Source: Bdellovibrionota bacterium
GTDB lineage: Bacteria; Bdellovibrionota_C; UBA2361; JBIKWN01
Assembly (NCBI GenBank): GCA_044356295.1
Contig: JBIKWN010000003.1
Coordinates: 63,580 to 127,579, forward strand
DNA: 64,000 nucleotides
Direction of reading: 5' to 3'
The translations under genes and the position numbers were made by a program. How positions within the stretch are numbered: the stretch's first letter is position 1; each line of letters opens with the position of its first letter. Below, piece by piece: positions 37,767 through 47,231 of the stretch. The notes below the pieces were generated by a model. The model saw only the letters and a program-made list of their open reading frames with translations. It was not told where the DNA came from and made no database searches.

Positions 37767-37857
37767 GGAGAGATGACCGAGTGGCTGAAGGTGCTCGCCT
37801 GCTAAGTGAGTGTAGGGGTTTAAATCCTTACCGAGGGTTCGAATCCCTCTCTCTCCG
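37767..37857 (+). tRNA. tRNA-Ser(GCT)
   Basis: GGAGAGA/TCTCTCC acceptor; CTCGC-CTGCTAA-GTGAG; long variable arm; GGTTCGAATCC. Confidence 0.96.
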
Positions 37858-37865
37858 TACTACCC

Positions 37866-38369
37866 ATGATACTTGATTCGGATCTATTCGACTCCTCCCT
37901 TCATATGTCTGAATCTTTCTCTCAAAAAGAACTACAACATTTCATGCAAGCTGCTCTTGCTGAAGCCACTACTGCTTCTGAAAAAAATGAAGTTCCAATT
38001 GGGGCAGTATTAGTTTGCATGAAAGAGAAAAAAATTATCTCTGCTGGGCATAATCTTACGGAATCACTAAACGACCCTACTGCACATGCAGAGGTACTTG
38101 CAATTCGTAAAGCTTCAGAAATTAAAAAAAATTGGCGGCTCGATAAAACAGCGCTTTTCATTACAGCCGAACCTTGCACGATGTGTGCTGGCACAATTCT
38201 GCAATCTAGAATTTCTTCTGTTATTTTTGGCTGTATGGAACCTGCTACCGGCGCTGTTGGTTCATGTTACGATCTATTATCTTCAAAAAATGTACGAGTC
38301 ATTCAAGGAATTCTTGAAGAAGAATCAAGAAATATCTTACAAAATTTCTTTAAAGCTCGTCGGCAATAA
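37866..38369 (+). CDS. tadA: tRNA adenosine(34) deaminase (start may be the internal MSESF Met)
   Basis: EVPIGAVLV, HN, DPTAHAE, NWRL, EPCTMCAG and FFKARR motifs. Confidence 0.93.
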   Translation: MILDSDLFDSSLHMSESFSQKELQHFMQAALAEATTASEKNEVPIGAVLVCMKEKKIISAGHNLTESLNDPTAHAEVLAIRKASEIKKNWRLDKTALFITAEPCTMCAGTILQSRISSVIFGCMEPATGAVGSCYDLLSSKNVRVIQGILEEESRNILQNFFKARRQ

Positions 38370-39732
38370 TACGTCGCATCGTCGATCTATCGAGTCCTAA
38401 GACTTTTGCTGCTTTAACCTGATTCCCACCATTTTGTTCAAGCGCATCTCTAATTAATTTCTTTTTATAAAAAAGAATTTTTTCTTGAAAGCTGCCACCA
38501 TCTGGTTCTTCAAATGTCCCAACAACGCCTTCATCATCACGAAGCACAATATCTTCTTCAAGAATTTCAAAACGACTATGAAACTGGGCACGGTATGCGG
38601 CTCCTTCTACTACTGCTTGAAGCTCCCGAATATTACCGATCCAGCGGTAATTTTTTAATTTTAAAATTGCCTTCGCGTCAATTCGACATACGGAAAAATC
38701 CTTACGTTCAATACCGGCACTAAGAAATTGTTGAACAAGGGCTGGAATCTCGCTAATTCTTTCTCGAAGAGGTGGAATTGTAATTGTATGGTGTGCAATT
38801 CTGAAATAAAAATCCTTTCGCACTTTTTGATCTTTAATAGCATTATCGATAGTTGCATTTGAAGCAGTCACTAACCGAAACTCTGTGTGAACTTCTTGAT
38901 TTGATCCAAGCGGGCGAAATTTTTTCTCTTGTAATACGCCTAAAAGCAGCACCTGTGTTTCTATAGGAAGTGCATCAATTTCATCAATAAAAAGGGTTCC
39001 ACCTTCTACTTCGGATAAAAGACCTCTTCGGTCCGTATCAGCACCAGTAAAGCTTCCTTTTTTGTGTCCAAAAAGATCACTATTTACAAGATCAGCTGAA
39101 ACAAAAGAGGGCTGGTACCGTATAAACTTTTTTTCACTTCGAGGGCTCATCTTATGAATCAAAGATGCGCAAAGACTTTTTCCAACTCCAGACTCTCCTG
39201 AAAGAAACACGGCCTGATTCGTGGTACTTGAAAATAGAAGTTCATTTTTTAAACGAGAACCTTGAGGGCTACTGGTAACTAATTGCTCAAGGATTGTTTC
39301 TGATCGCGCAATAGATTGCTGGCTAATTTGTTCTGATAAAAATCGCTGTTGTAAGAAATCTTTTATCAAAACTGCAAGGTCTGAAACCTTAATTGGTTTT
39401 TCTTGAAATGAAACTGCTCCTCGTTTTATAGCTTCTATTCCGTACTCAATACCCTTATGACCCGTTAAAACAATAATTCTAAGATGTGGATCGTTTTCAA
39501 GTAATGTCGTTATTAATGAAAAACCTGACTCGGTACCCTGTGCCTTATCAAGTTCTAGATCTACTACTGCTAAATGAATTTTATGTGTTTTACAAATTGA
39601 TATTGCAATATCTCGATTGCCTGCAGCATGTATTGGAATGTTGGGAATATACTCTTTTAAAGTCCTTGATAGACTTAGTAACAGCTCACTATCATCGTCT
39701 ATTAATAGGATCTGGCTATTTGGGGCATTCAT
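38350..39732 (-). CDS. Sigma54-dependent response regulator (NtrC family: REC-AAA+-Fis HTH)
   Basis: LLIDDD/VVDL receiver; GESGVGKS, LFGHKKGSFTGA, FIDEID, WIGNIRELQ and GNQVKAAKVLGLDRST motifs. Confidence 0.93.
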   Translation of the reverse strand: MNAPNSQILLIDDDSELLLSLSRTLKEYIPNIPIHAAGNRDIAISICKTHKIHLAVVDLELDKAQGTESGFSLITTLLENDPHLRIIVLTGHKGIEYGIEAIKRGAVSFQEKPIKVSDLAVLIKDFLQQRFLSEQISQQSIARSETILEQLVTSSPQGSRLKNELLFSSTTNQAVFLSGESGVGKSLCASLIHKMSPRSEKKFIRYQPSFVSADLVNSDLFGHKKGSFTGADTDRRGLLSEVEGGTLFIDEIDALPIETQVLLLGVLQEKKFRPLGSNQEVHTEFRLVTASNATIDNAIKDQKVRKDFYFRIAHHTITIPPLRERISEIPALVQQFLSAGIERKDFSVCRIDAKAILKLKNYRWIGNIRELQAVVEGAAYRAQFHSRFEILEEDIVLRDDEGVVGTFEEPDGGSFQEKILFYKKKLIRDALEQNGGNQVKAAKVLGLDRSTMRRIIADEL

Positions 39733-39811
39733 TCATGCTAAGGATATACAAATTCAAAACTTTACTGTACTTGGTACGTTGAATGCTTAAAAAAAGAATA
39801 GAATCAATTGG

Positions 39812-40216
39812 TTAGTTATCACTTATTATTGCTAATATTTCCTGATTTTCGTCAGGCAATGGTTTCATGGTGACAACTGCCCCCATCTGCTTGAGTGACT
39901 CTCGAATTAAAATCCCCTCAAATGATTCATTATAAAAAAATGTCGGCACCGAAAATTGCCATTGTTTTGAATCTAAGATTATTGTCCTTACCTCATTAAA
40001 GGATTCACACACCTTCTTTAAAGATCCAAGAGAGGTCGCATCAAGAATTGACTCAACTGAAGAAAGCATATCGGCGATACGTTGCGTATTTCGAATCGTT
40101 CTTTTTGCTTCAGCTTCTGGAAATTTTTTTTCAATATATTCCAAATCACTTGCAACAACAGAGAGCGGTGTTCTAAGACGATGGATTAATGCTCGCAAGA
40201 ATTGCGGATCTATCAT
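39812..40216 (-). CDS. Minimal histidine-kinase-like protein (HisKA H-box, degenerate remainder)
   Basis: LIHRLRTPLSVV H-box at the N-terminus; only 134 aa; no N/G1/G2 boxes. Confidence 0.6.
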   Translation of the reverse strand: MIDPQFLRALIHRLRTPLSVVASDLEYIEKKFPEAEAKRTIRNTQRIADMLSSVESILDATSLGSLKKVCESFNEVRTIILDSKQWQFSVPTFFYNESFEGILIRESLKQMGAVVTMKPLPDENQEILAIISDN

Positions 40217-41625
40217 GAAACTCGACTAAGTTTATTAAATCCATCATATGCTGCAACTTTGTAACACTCAGCTAACGTAGGATAATTAAAGACAGCATCA
40301 GTTAAATATCGTAGTCCACCATGGAGCGCCATCACTGCTTGACCAATATGAATAAGCTCAGAGGCACTCTCGCCAATAATATGAACTCCAAGAACTTCTC
40401 GAGAATCACGGTGAAATAATACTTTCAGAAGTCCAGTTTCGTCCCCAATGATGTGTCCTCTAGCTATCTCTTTGTAACGAGCAATTCCTGTTTCATAAGG
40501 AACTTGTTTTTCAGTGAGCTCTTGTTCATTCATTCCAACGTATGAGATCTCAGGAATTGCATAGATTCCGTACGGTAAAGGAATATCTTGGCTGCTCATT
40601 GTTACATCATATGCGTGACATATAGCGCGTCTTCCTTGATTAGCAGAGGTAGAAGCAAGTGCTGGAAAACCTACAACATCCCCTGCAGCATAAATATGAG
40701 GTATCTGAGTTTGAAAATTTTCATTAACTGAAATTCTCATTCGGTCATCAATTGGAAGTCCAATTTTTTCGAGGTGAAGATCTTCGGTTGCACTCACTCT
40801 TCCTGCAGAAAATAGTACTGCATCTGAGACGATAATTTTTCCACTTTTTAATTCTGTTGCAACTTGATCATCACTTCTGACTGAGCATTTAAGCACTTCT
40901 TCACCAAGGCGAAGCGTTACACCCATACTTCGAAGATGATATTGAAGCGTTTCTATGATCTCTTCATCTACAAAGCCAAGAAGCCTTTTTCTTCCATCAA
41001 CAATGGTTACATGCACGCCAAGAGCTGCAAACATTGAAGCATATTCAGTTCCAATTACTCCGCCTCCAACAACTAAAAGCTCTCTTGGAAGCTCTTTCAT
41101 ATCTAAAATATCGTCACTATCAAAAATACGTCTTCCATCAAAACCAATATTGTCAGGACGCTGAGGTTTTGCACCAACTGCTATAAGTATTCTTTCTGCT
41201 GTTATCTGCTCGACTCCTGCTGAATTAGAGATAGCAACTGTATGGTCGTTAACGAAAGTGGCTTGGCCGTATTTAACATCAATGTGATTTCTTTGAAGTT
41301 GACTTTTAATAACTTCAATTTCTCGTTGCATAATGTGATTACAACGAAACGTCAGATCCTTCATCTCTATCTCTGACTTAACACGGTATCCAGCTCCGTA
41401 GACATTTCTTTGACGATAGCCAGAAAGAAATAAGACTGCTTCTTTGAAGGATTTGCTTGGGATAGTTCCCGAGTTTACGCACACTCCTCCAACAACCTCA
41501 CGTTTATCGATAACGAGGACGTTTTTTCTTAGTTTGGCAGCTTGTACAGCTCCTCTTTGCCCGGCTGGACCGGAGCCGATGACTACTAAGTCATAATCGT
41601 ATGAACCTGATGTTTTTTTGGGCAT
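40213..41625 (-). CDS. sthA: Soluble pyridine nucleotide transhydrogenase
   Basis: VIGSGPAG, GGVCVNSGTIPSK (CxxxGT with a single Cys), GFPALASTS..QGR and VFNYPTLAECYKVAA motifs. Confidence 0.95.
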   Translation of the reverse strand: MPKKTSGSYDYDLVVIGSGPAGQRGAVQAAKLRKNVLVIDKREVVGGVCVNSGTIPSKSFKEAVLFLSGYRQRNVYGAGYRVKSEIEMKDLTFRCNHIMQREIEVIKSQLQRNHIDVKYGQATFVNDHTVAISNSAGVEQITAERILIAVGAKPQRPDNIGFDGRRIFDSDDILDMKELPRELLVVGGGVIGTEYASMFAALGVHVTIVDGRKRLLGFVDEEIIETLQYHLRSMGVTLRLGEEVLKCSVRSDDQVATELKSGKIIVSDAVLFSAGRVSATEDLHLEKIGLPIDDRMRISVNENFQTQIPHIYAAGDVVGFPALASTSANQGRRAICHAYDVTMSSQDIPLPYGIYAIPEISYVGMNEQELTEKQVPYETGIARYKEIARGHIIGDETGLLKVLFHRDSREVLGVHIIGESASELIHIGQAVMALHGGLRYLTDAVFNYPTLAECYKVAAYDGFNKLSRVS

Positions 41626-41744
41626 AACAGAACCCCTGAAACCTTACCTTTTTCCTTAAAAGAGGATACTCTAAAGACCTATTTTGAACCATCACAATGA
41701 TCGTTTAAACGGTAAGTTTTTTAAAGTTTTTAAAGGATAAACTT

Positions 41745-42077
41745 ATGGGAACCTCCAAGAACTCTGAAACACACCATGTTCTCACTGAAGAGCTGGTTGC
41801 TAAGACTGCTAAGCTCTCTGCGCTGAATCTTTCGGCTGATGAGCAAAAAAAATTCACTTCAGAACTTCAAAGTATCCTTGGGTACATGGAGAACCTCAAT
41901 AAAATCGATGTATCAGCTGTGGCCCCTACAAGTCACGTTCATGGTGCTACTAATTTTTTTCGGGAAGATGTCGCTCAAGAATCAATGAGTATCCAAGAAG
42001 GTTTACAAAATACCCCAGATCGCTCAGGTCGTTTTATTCGAGTACCAATTATCATTGAACAAAATACTGAACATTAA
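41745..42077 (+). CDS. gatC: Asp/Glu-tRNA amidotransferase subunit C
   Basis: AKLSAL, ILGYMENL..ID, PTSH, FRED and FIRVP motifs; first gene of gatCAB. Confidence 0.93.
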   Translation: MGTSKNSETHHVLTEELVAKTAKLSALNLSADEQKKFTSELQSILGYMENLNKIDVSAVAPTSHVHGATNFFREDVAQESMSIQEGLQNTPDRSGRFIRVPIIIEQNTEH

Positions 42078-42083
42078 TACCTT

Positions 42084-43541
42084 ATGACTGACCTAACCAC
42101 CCTCACTATTGTTGAAGCTCAAAAAGCGCTCGCTGATAAATCAATTTCAAGTGTAGAGCTTACTCAAAGTTACGTTGATAGAGCAGAAGCTCTATCTTCC
42201 TTAAATGCTTTTATTACCTTTGAACCAGAGAAAGCACTTGAAGCTGCTAAGTTTGCCGATCAAGAAAGAGCGAATGGCGTTACAAAATCTTTACTCGGAA
42301 TTCCAGTTGGTATTAAAGATGTAATTCTTACGAAAGGAACTAAAACCACTTGTGGAAGTAATATTCTTAATAATTTCATCCCACCCTATGATGCTACTGT
42401 TACTGAAAAACTTTTAGGAAATGGTGCAGTATCACTTGGTAAACTCAATATGGATGAGTTTGCGATGGGATCATCTAACGAAAATTCGGCGTTCGGAGCT
42501 GTAAAAAATCCATGGCATCACGAAATGGTTCCAGGAGGATCGAGCGGAGGATCTGCAGCATCAGTGGCAGCACGGTTAGTTGCAGGATCTCTTGGAAGTG
42601 ATACTGGAGGCTCGATTCGTCAACCTGCGGCTTTCTGTAACCTTGTTGGAATTAAACCTACCTATGGTCGAGTTAGCCGGTACGGTGTTATTGCTTATGC
42701 TTCTTCACTTGATCAGATCGGTCCATTCGGACGCACAACAACTGATGCAGCAATTCTTTTGGATGCTATCTCTGGATTCGATCCTAAAGATTCAACTTCA
42801 ATTGAAAGAAACGATCCACTCTCAATATCCTTAATTGGAAAAGATATAAAAGGTCTTAAAGTTGGTATTCCAAAAGAATACTTTATTGATGGAATCGAAA
42901 AAGAAGTTTCCGATAGTGTTAAGAAAGCTATTTCCGAACTTGAATCGCTTGGTGCAATTCCTGTTGAGATCACTCTTCCTCATACTGAAGCGGCACTATC
43001 AGTTTACTATATTATCGCTCCTGCAGAGGCTTCTTCTAATTTAGCTCGCTATGATGGAATTCGATTTGGACATAGAGCTAAAGATACAAAATCATTGTCG
43101 GATCTCTATGCTCAAAGTCGCTCTGAAGGATTTGGAGACGAAGTTAAAAGAAGAATTATCATTGGAAACTATGTGTTGTCTTCTGGATATTACGACGCTT
43201 TTTACTCAAAAGCTCAAAAAGTAAGAACGCTTCTTATCCAAGACTTTAAAAATGCTTTTACTAAGTGCGATGTTATTGCTTGCCCTACAACACCAAGTGG
43301 GCCATTCCCAATTAATGATACATCCAAAAAGGATCCTCTGCAGATGTACTTAAATGACATTTTTACTATACCGGTAAACCTTGCAGGCTTACCTGCACTG
43401 AGCCTTCCTTGCGGAGAAGATAAAAATAAACTTCCTGTTGGACTCCAACTGATTGGTAAACCGTGGGATGAGGCTAGACTTGTTCAGACAGCTTTTGCTT
43501 ATGAACAATCAACTCAGTGGCATAAAAAGTTCGTGAAATAA
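42084..43541 (+). CDS. gatA: Asp/Glu-tRNA amidotransferase subunit A
   Basis: IKD, NMDEFAMGSS, PGGSSGGSA, GSDTGGSIRQPA and EASSNLARYDG motifs. Confidence 0.98.
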   Translation: MTDLTTLTIVEAQKALADKSISSVELTQSYVDRAEALSSLNAFITFEPEKALEAAKFADQERANGVTKSLLGIPVGIKDVILTKGTKTTCGSNILNNFIPPYDATVTEKLLGNGAVSLGKLNMDEFAMGSSNENSAFGAVKNPWHHEMVPGGSSGGSAASVAARLVAGSLGSDTGGSIRQPAAFCNLVGIKPTYGRVSRYGVIAYASSLDQIGPFGRTTTDAAILLDAISGFDPKDSTSIERNDPLSISLIGKDIKGLKVGIPKEYFIDGIEKEVSDSVKKAISELESLGAIPVEITLPHTEAALSVYYIIAPAEASSNLARYDGIRFGHRAKDTKSLSDLYAQSRSEGFGDEVKRRIIIGNYVLSSGYYDAFYSKAQKVRTLLIQDFKNAFTKCDVIACPTTPSGPFPINDTSKKDPLQMYLNDIFTIPVNLAGLPALSLPCGEDKNKLPVGLQLIGKPWDEARLVQTAFAYEQSTQWHKKFVK

Positions 43542-43567
43542 TAAAGATCACCAAAAGGATTTAAACT

Positions 43568-45022
43568 ATGACCTTTGAAGACACAGAATATGAAGCCGTC
43601 ATTGGACTAGAGGTTCACTTACAACTTGCAACAGAATCAAAGATCTTTGCATCTTCTTCTGCTAAGTTTGGTGGTGAAGTCAATGAATATATCGATCCAG
43701 TAACTCTCGGAATGCCAGGATCACTTCCAGTGCTTAACAAAAAAACTGTTGAGTATGCAGTGATGCTTGGGCTTGCTCTTAAATGTGAAATTAGAAGAGA
43801 GTCCCATTTTGCTCGTAAGCACTATTTCTATCCCGATCTTCCAAAGGGGTATCAGATTTCACAATACGATGAACCATTATGTGAGCGTGGACAGATTACA
43901 ATTGATGTAGAAGGAAGTGAGAGAACTATTGGAATCACCCGAATACACATGGAAGAGGATGCTGGTAAGAACATTCATGATGGACGAACCGGCTGCTCAC
44001 TTGTTGATCTCAACAGAGCAGGTGTGCCTCTTTTAGAAATTGTTTCCGAACCTGATATTCGAACAGCTCAAGAGGCAAGTCAGTACCTTAAGACAATACG
44101 ACAAATTGCTCGATTCTTAGGAATCAGTGATGGAAATATGGAAGAAGGAAGTCTTCGATGCGATGCAAACGTATCACTTCGTCCACGAGGGAACTTAAAA
44201 TTTGGCACAAGAACTGAGATTAAAAACTTAAACTCATTTAAATTTGTTGAGAAAGCTATTGAATATGAAATTGCTAGACAAGCTTCAGTGCTTCGAAGCG
44301 GCAATAAAATTGTTCAGGCAACAATGCTCTTTGACAGCACAACAAACACCACAAGAGTAATGAGAATAAAAGAAGACTCTGCTGATTACCGATATTTTCC
44401 GGATCCTGATCTTCCAGCGCTCCTTGTTGAAGAAAGCTGGATTTCTAAAATTAAAGAAACGATGCCAAAACTTCCATCTGAGTTTGTTGAAGAACTTACG
44501 AAGAAGTTTTCTCTTTCAGAATATGATGCACTAGTTCTAACTGCTGAGAGAGCAAACATCGATTACTACTTCGGTGTTTACACTGTCTGTGAAAATCCAA
44601 AAGCCGCATGTAACTGGATTACAAGTGAATTATTTGGTTACCTCAACAAAGATGGAAAAACCATTGAATCTTCACCTATCAAGGCCCTAGACCTTGGAGA
44701 ATTAATTCGTCTTATAGATGCTGATGAAATTTCAGGTAAAATGGCAAAAATTGTATTTGAAGAGATGTATGCTTCTTCTAAACCACCGGCAGCAATAATT
44801 TCTGAAAAGGGGCTCAAACAGATCACTGACGACTCTGCAATTGAGCAGCTGGTTGAGAAAGTGCTGAATGATAGCACTACTCAAATAGCACAGTATTTAG
44901 GGGGAAATGAGCGCCTTTTCGGGTATTTCGTAGGTCAGGCTATGAAGGTCTCGGGAGGCAGCGCTAATCCTAAAAAAGTAAACGACTTTATAAAGGCTGG
45001 ACTTGAAAAACGAAGGGGTTGA
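43568..45022 (+). CDS. gatB: Asp/Glu-tRNA amidotransferase subunit B
   Basis: VIGLEVH, RKHYFYPDLPKGYQISQ, HMEEDAGK, EGSLRCDANVS and DYRYFPDPDL motifs. Confidence 0.98.
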   Translation: MTFEDTEYEAVIGLEVHLQLATESKIFASSSAKFGGEVNEYIDPVTLGMPGSLPVLNKKTVEYAVMLGLALKCEIRRESHFARKHYFYPDLPKGYQISQYDEPLCERGQITIDVEGSERTIGITRIHMEEDAGKNIHDGRTGCSLVDLNRAGVPLLEIVSEPDIRTAQEASQYLKTIRQIARFLGISDGNMEEGSLRCDANVSLRPRGNLKFGTRTEIKNLNSFKFVEKAIEYEIARQASVLRSGNKIVQATMLFDSTTNTTRVMRIKEDSADYRYFPDPDLPALLVEESWISKIKETMPKLPSEFVEELTKKFSLSEYDALVLTAERANIDYYFGVYTVCENPKAACNWITSELFGYLNKDGKTIESSPIKALDLGELIRLIDADEISGKMAKIVFEEMYASSKPPAAIISEKGLKQITDDSAIEQLVEKVLNDSTTQIAQYLGGNERLFGYFVGQAMKVSGGSANPKKVNDFIKAGLEKRRG

Positions 45023-45302
45023 GCAGTTAGACCAAAACACCTATGCGGTTTATATTCACTGTCCTGGTGCTTATATCGTCGACCTTCAAAGCTACTTTGA
45101 AATCTATGAGTCGCTTGGGGTTGTACGAACCATTGATAGCAGGAATTCGCTTGTTGGAATTATTACAACTCCAACAATGCTTCCTGAAGTAGAGTTGGTT
45201 CTTGAAGGATTGAAAGAAGTCATACCTTGGACAAGAGCGTCCTTACCATCCGAGGAGCTTCGTGCAAAAATTTTTAATGCTGGTCGTAGTATAGAGGAAT
45301 AA
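45003..45302 (+). CDS. DUF4911-like small protein
   Basis: I..LQSYFEIYESLGVVRTID pattern; start uncertain. Confidence 0.6.
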   Translation: MKNEGVEQLDQNTYAVYIHCPGAYIVDLQSYFEIYESLGVVRTIDSRNSLVGIITTPTMLPEVELVLEGLKEVIPWTRASLPSEELRAKIFNAGRSIEE

Positions 45303-45304
45303 AC

Positions 45305-47200
45305 ATGATTCGTTTTTTTAGAAATTATCAAAAAACAGTTTTTGGAATTTTAATATTTTTTGTGGTAGCACTTTTAATGTCGAGCTTTGGCGTAGACCTT
45401 GCTCATCAATCAAGTTCTACACGCGATCGTCCTGCAATAACCGTGGGTGAAACTAAAATAACTCACGTTGAGTTTCAACAAAAAAAACGTCAAGTTGAAT
45501 CCCAGTATAGAAAAATGTTTGGTGCACAGTATCAACAGCTGGTTCAACAGTTTGGACTCAATATTGGTCAAAATGTTTTAGATGGACTTGTTGATTCTAC
45601 CCTCCTTTCACAGGTTGCTCAGCAGAAAGGTTTTGCAGCATCAGATAATGAAGTTCTCGAAACGATTCAAAAACAGTTTCCTGGTGGTTATAACCGTGAT
45701 GCTCTTGCAGCATCGGGGATGACTCCTGAGCAGTTCCTAAAAGAAACAGAGCAGCAAGTAATGCTAGAGCAGATCTCTACAATACTCCGTCAAGCCAGCA
45801 TTCCTTCAAAAAAAGAGGTTGAAGCTCAGTACTTAAAGGAAGAAACCCAATACGAACTTGAATCAATCGCATTTACTCCAAAAAAATTCGAAGCATCTGT
45901 TGCAAACCCTTCTGATGAAGATTTAAAAAGTTACTTCGATAGTCGTTCTTCAGAATTTCAAACAAAACCCTCTGTCGCGTTTTCTTATGTTTCTTTTGAC
46001 CCTGAAAAATATTTTCCACAGGTAGAAGTTCCTCAAGAAGAGATTGATTTCTATTACACAGAAAATCAGAAAGAGTTTGAAACACCAGAAAGTGTCACGG
46101 CAAAGCATATTCAGGTACTTTTCCCGAAGGAAAACGATCCTAAAAAGCTAGCTGAAGCTAGAGAAAAAGCACAGGAAGTGCTGGGCAAGGCAAAAGCAGG
46201 GGAAAACTTTGAATCACTTGTTAAACAATACTCAGATGATATGACCACCAAGTTTACAGGTGGGCTTTTAGGCTCAGTTCCAAAAGGAAAATATAAAGGT
46301 GCCTTTGATCAAAAAGTATTTGCTCTCAAATCTCCTGGGGTTGCAGACCTTGTTGAGACTGAATTTGGATTTCAAATAGTCAAAGTTGAAAGCTTTAGTG
46401 AAGCAACAATAAAATCAATCGAAGATGTACGTAATGATATTATTAAAAAATTAAAAAATGAGCAGGCACCTGCCATTGCGGATGCAGCAGCGCGTGAATT
46501 TTTTAGCAATTTTCTTGCTTCAGATAAATCGCTTGAAGAATTTGCATCGCAGAATAACATAGCAGTTATAAAGCAAAGCAAACTTGTTACAGAATCTGAA
46601 GTAGTAACAGGAACTCCAAAAGATTTCACAAAGAAAATTATCGAAAGCCTTCCTGAAGTAAAACAAATTATCGAAGATAAAAAGACGAGCTATATTGTTG
46701 AAGTAACACAAAGTGAAGAATCAAAAGTTCCTGAACTCTCTGAAATTAAAGCTTTTGTACTCGCTGCATATAAGAAAAATAAATCTTTTGAAGTTGCTAA
46801 AAAATCATCAGATGAAGTTTTGACATTAATTAAGAATGGTAAAAGCTTATCGGATGCCGCTAACACAGTAGCCCTCAGTGTTGATAAAACCACTGAAGTA
46901 AAACGGGGACAAAGAAATGCACCCCTTATCTCTGAGGAAGCAGAGGAATTGGTACTCAGTGCGGATTTATTGCCATCAATTCCACAGCAAACTTTCTCTG
47001 ATGGTAATGGAACTTACTATATTGCCCGAAGTATCAGTAAAAAAGTTCCTGAAATTTCTTCTGCTAAACCTGAAGATCTTCAAAAGACAAGAGAAAACCT
47101 AAACCAAGAACTTGCTCAGAATCTAAGAAAAGAAATTCTAGATTCGTTAAAGATAAAAACTAAAATTGATATTGATACTAGTGTTCTTGCTGCTAGCTAA
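45305..47200 (+). CDS. PpiD/SurA-type periplasmic chaperone with parvulin PPIase domain
   Basis: N-terminal TM; AKHIQV, FESLVKQYSDD, GG.LG and VETEFGFQIVKV motifs. Confidence 0.9.
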   Translation: MIRFFRNYQKTVFGILIFFVVALLMSSFGVDLAHQSSSTRDRPAITVGETKITHVEFQQKKRQVESQYRKMFGAQYQQLVQQFGLNIGQNVLDGLVDSTLLSQVAQQKGFAASDNEVLETIQKQFPGGYNRDALAASGMTPEQFLKETEQQVMLEQISTILRQASIPSKKEVEAQYLKEETQYELESIAFTPKKFEASVANPSDEDLKSYFDSRSSEFQTKPSVAFSYVSFDPEKYFPQVEVPQEEIDFYYTENQKEFETPESVTAKHIQVLFPKENDPKKLAEAREKAQEVLGKAKAGENFESLVKQYSDDMTTKFTGGLLGSVPKGKYKGAFDQKVFALKSPGVADLVETEFGFQIVKVESFSEATIKSIEDVRNDIIKKLKNEQAPAIADAAAREFFSNFLASDKSLEEFASQNNIAVIKQSKLVTESEVVTGTPKDFTKKIIESLPEVKQIIEDKKTSYIVEVTQSEESKVPELSEIKAFVLAAYKKNKSFEVAKKSSDEVLTLIKNGKSLSDAANTVALSVDKTTEVKRGQRNAPLISEEAEELVLSADLLPSIPQQTFSDGNGTYYIARSISKKVPEISSAKPEDLQKTRENLNQELAQNLRKEILDSLKIKTKIDIDTSVLAAS

Positions 47201-47231
47201 GAGTTTACCACTAAAAAAGGATACCTACTTT

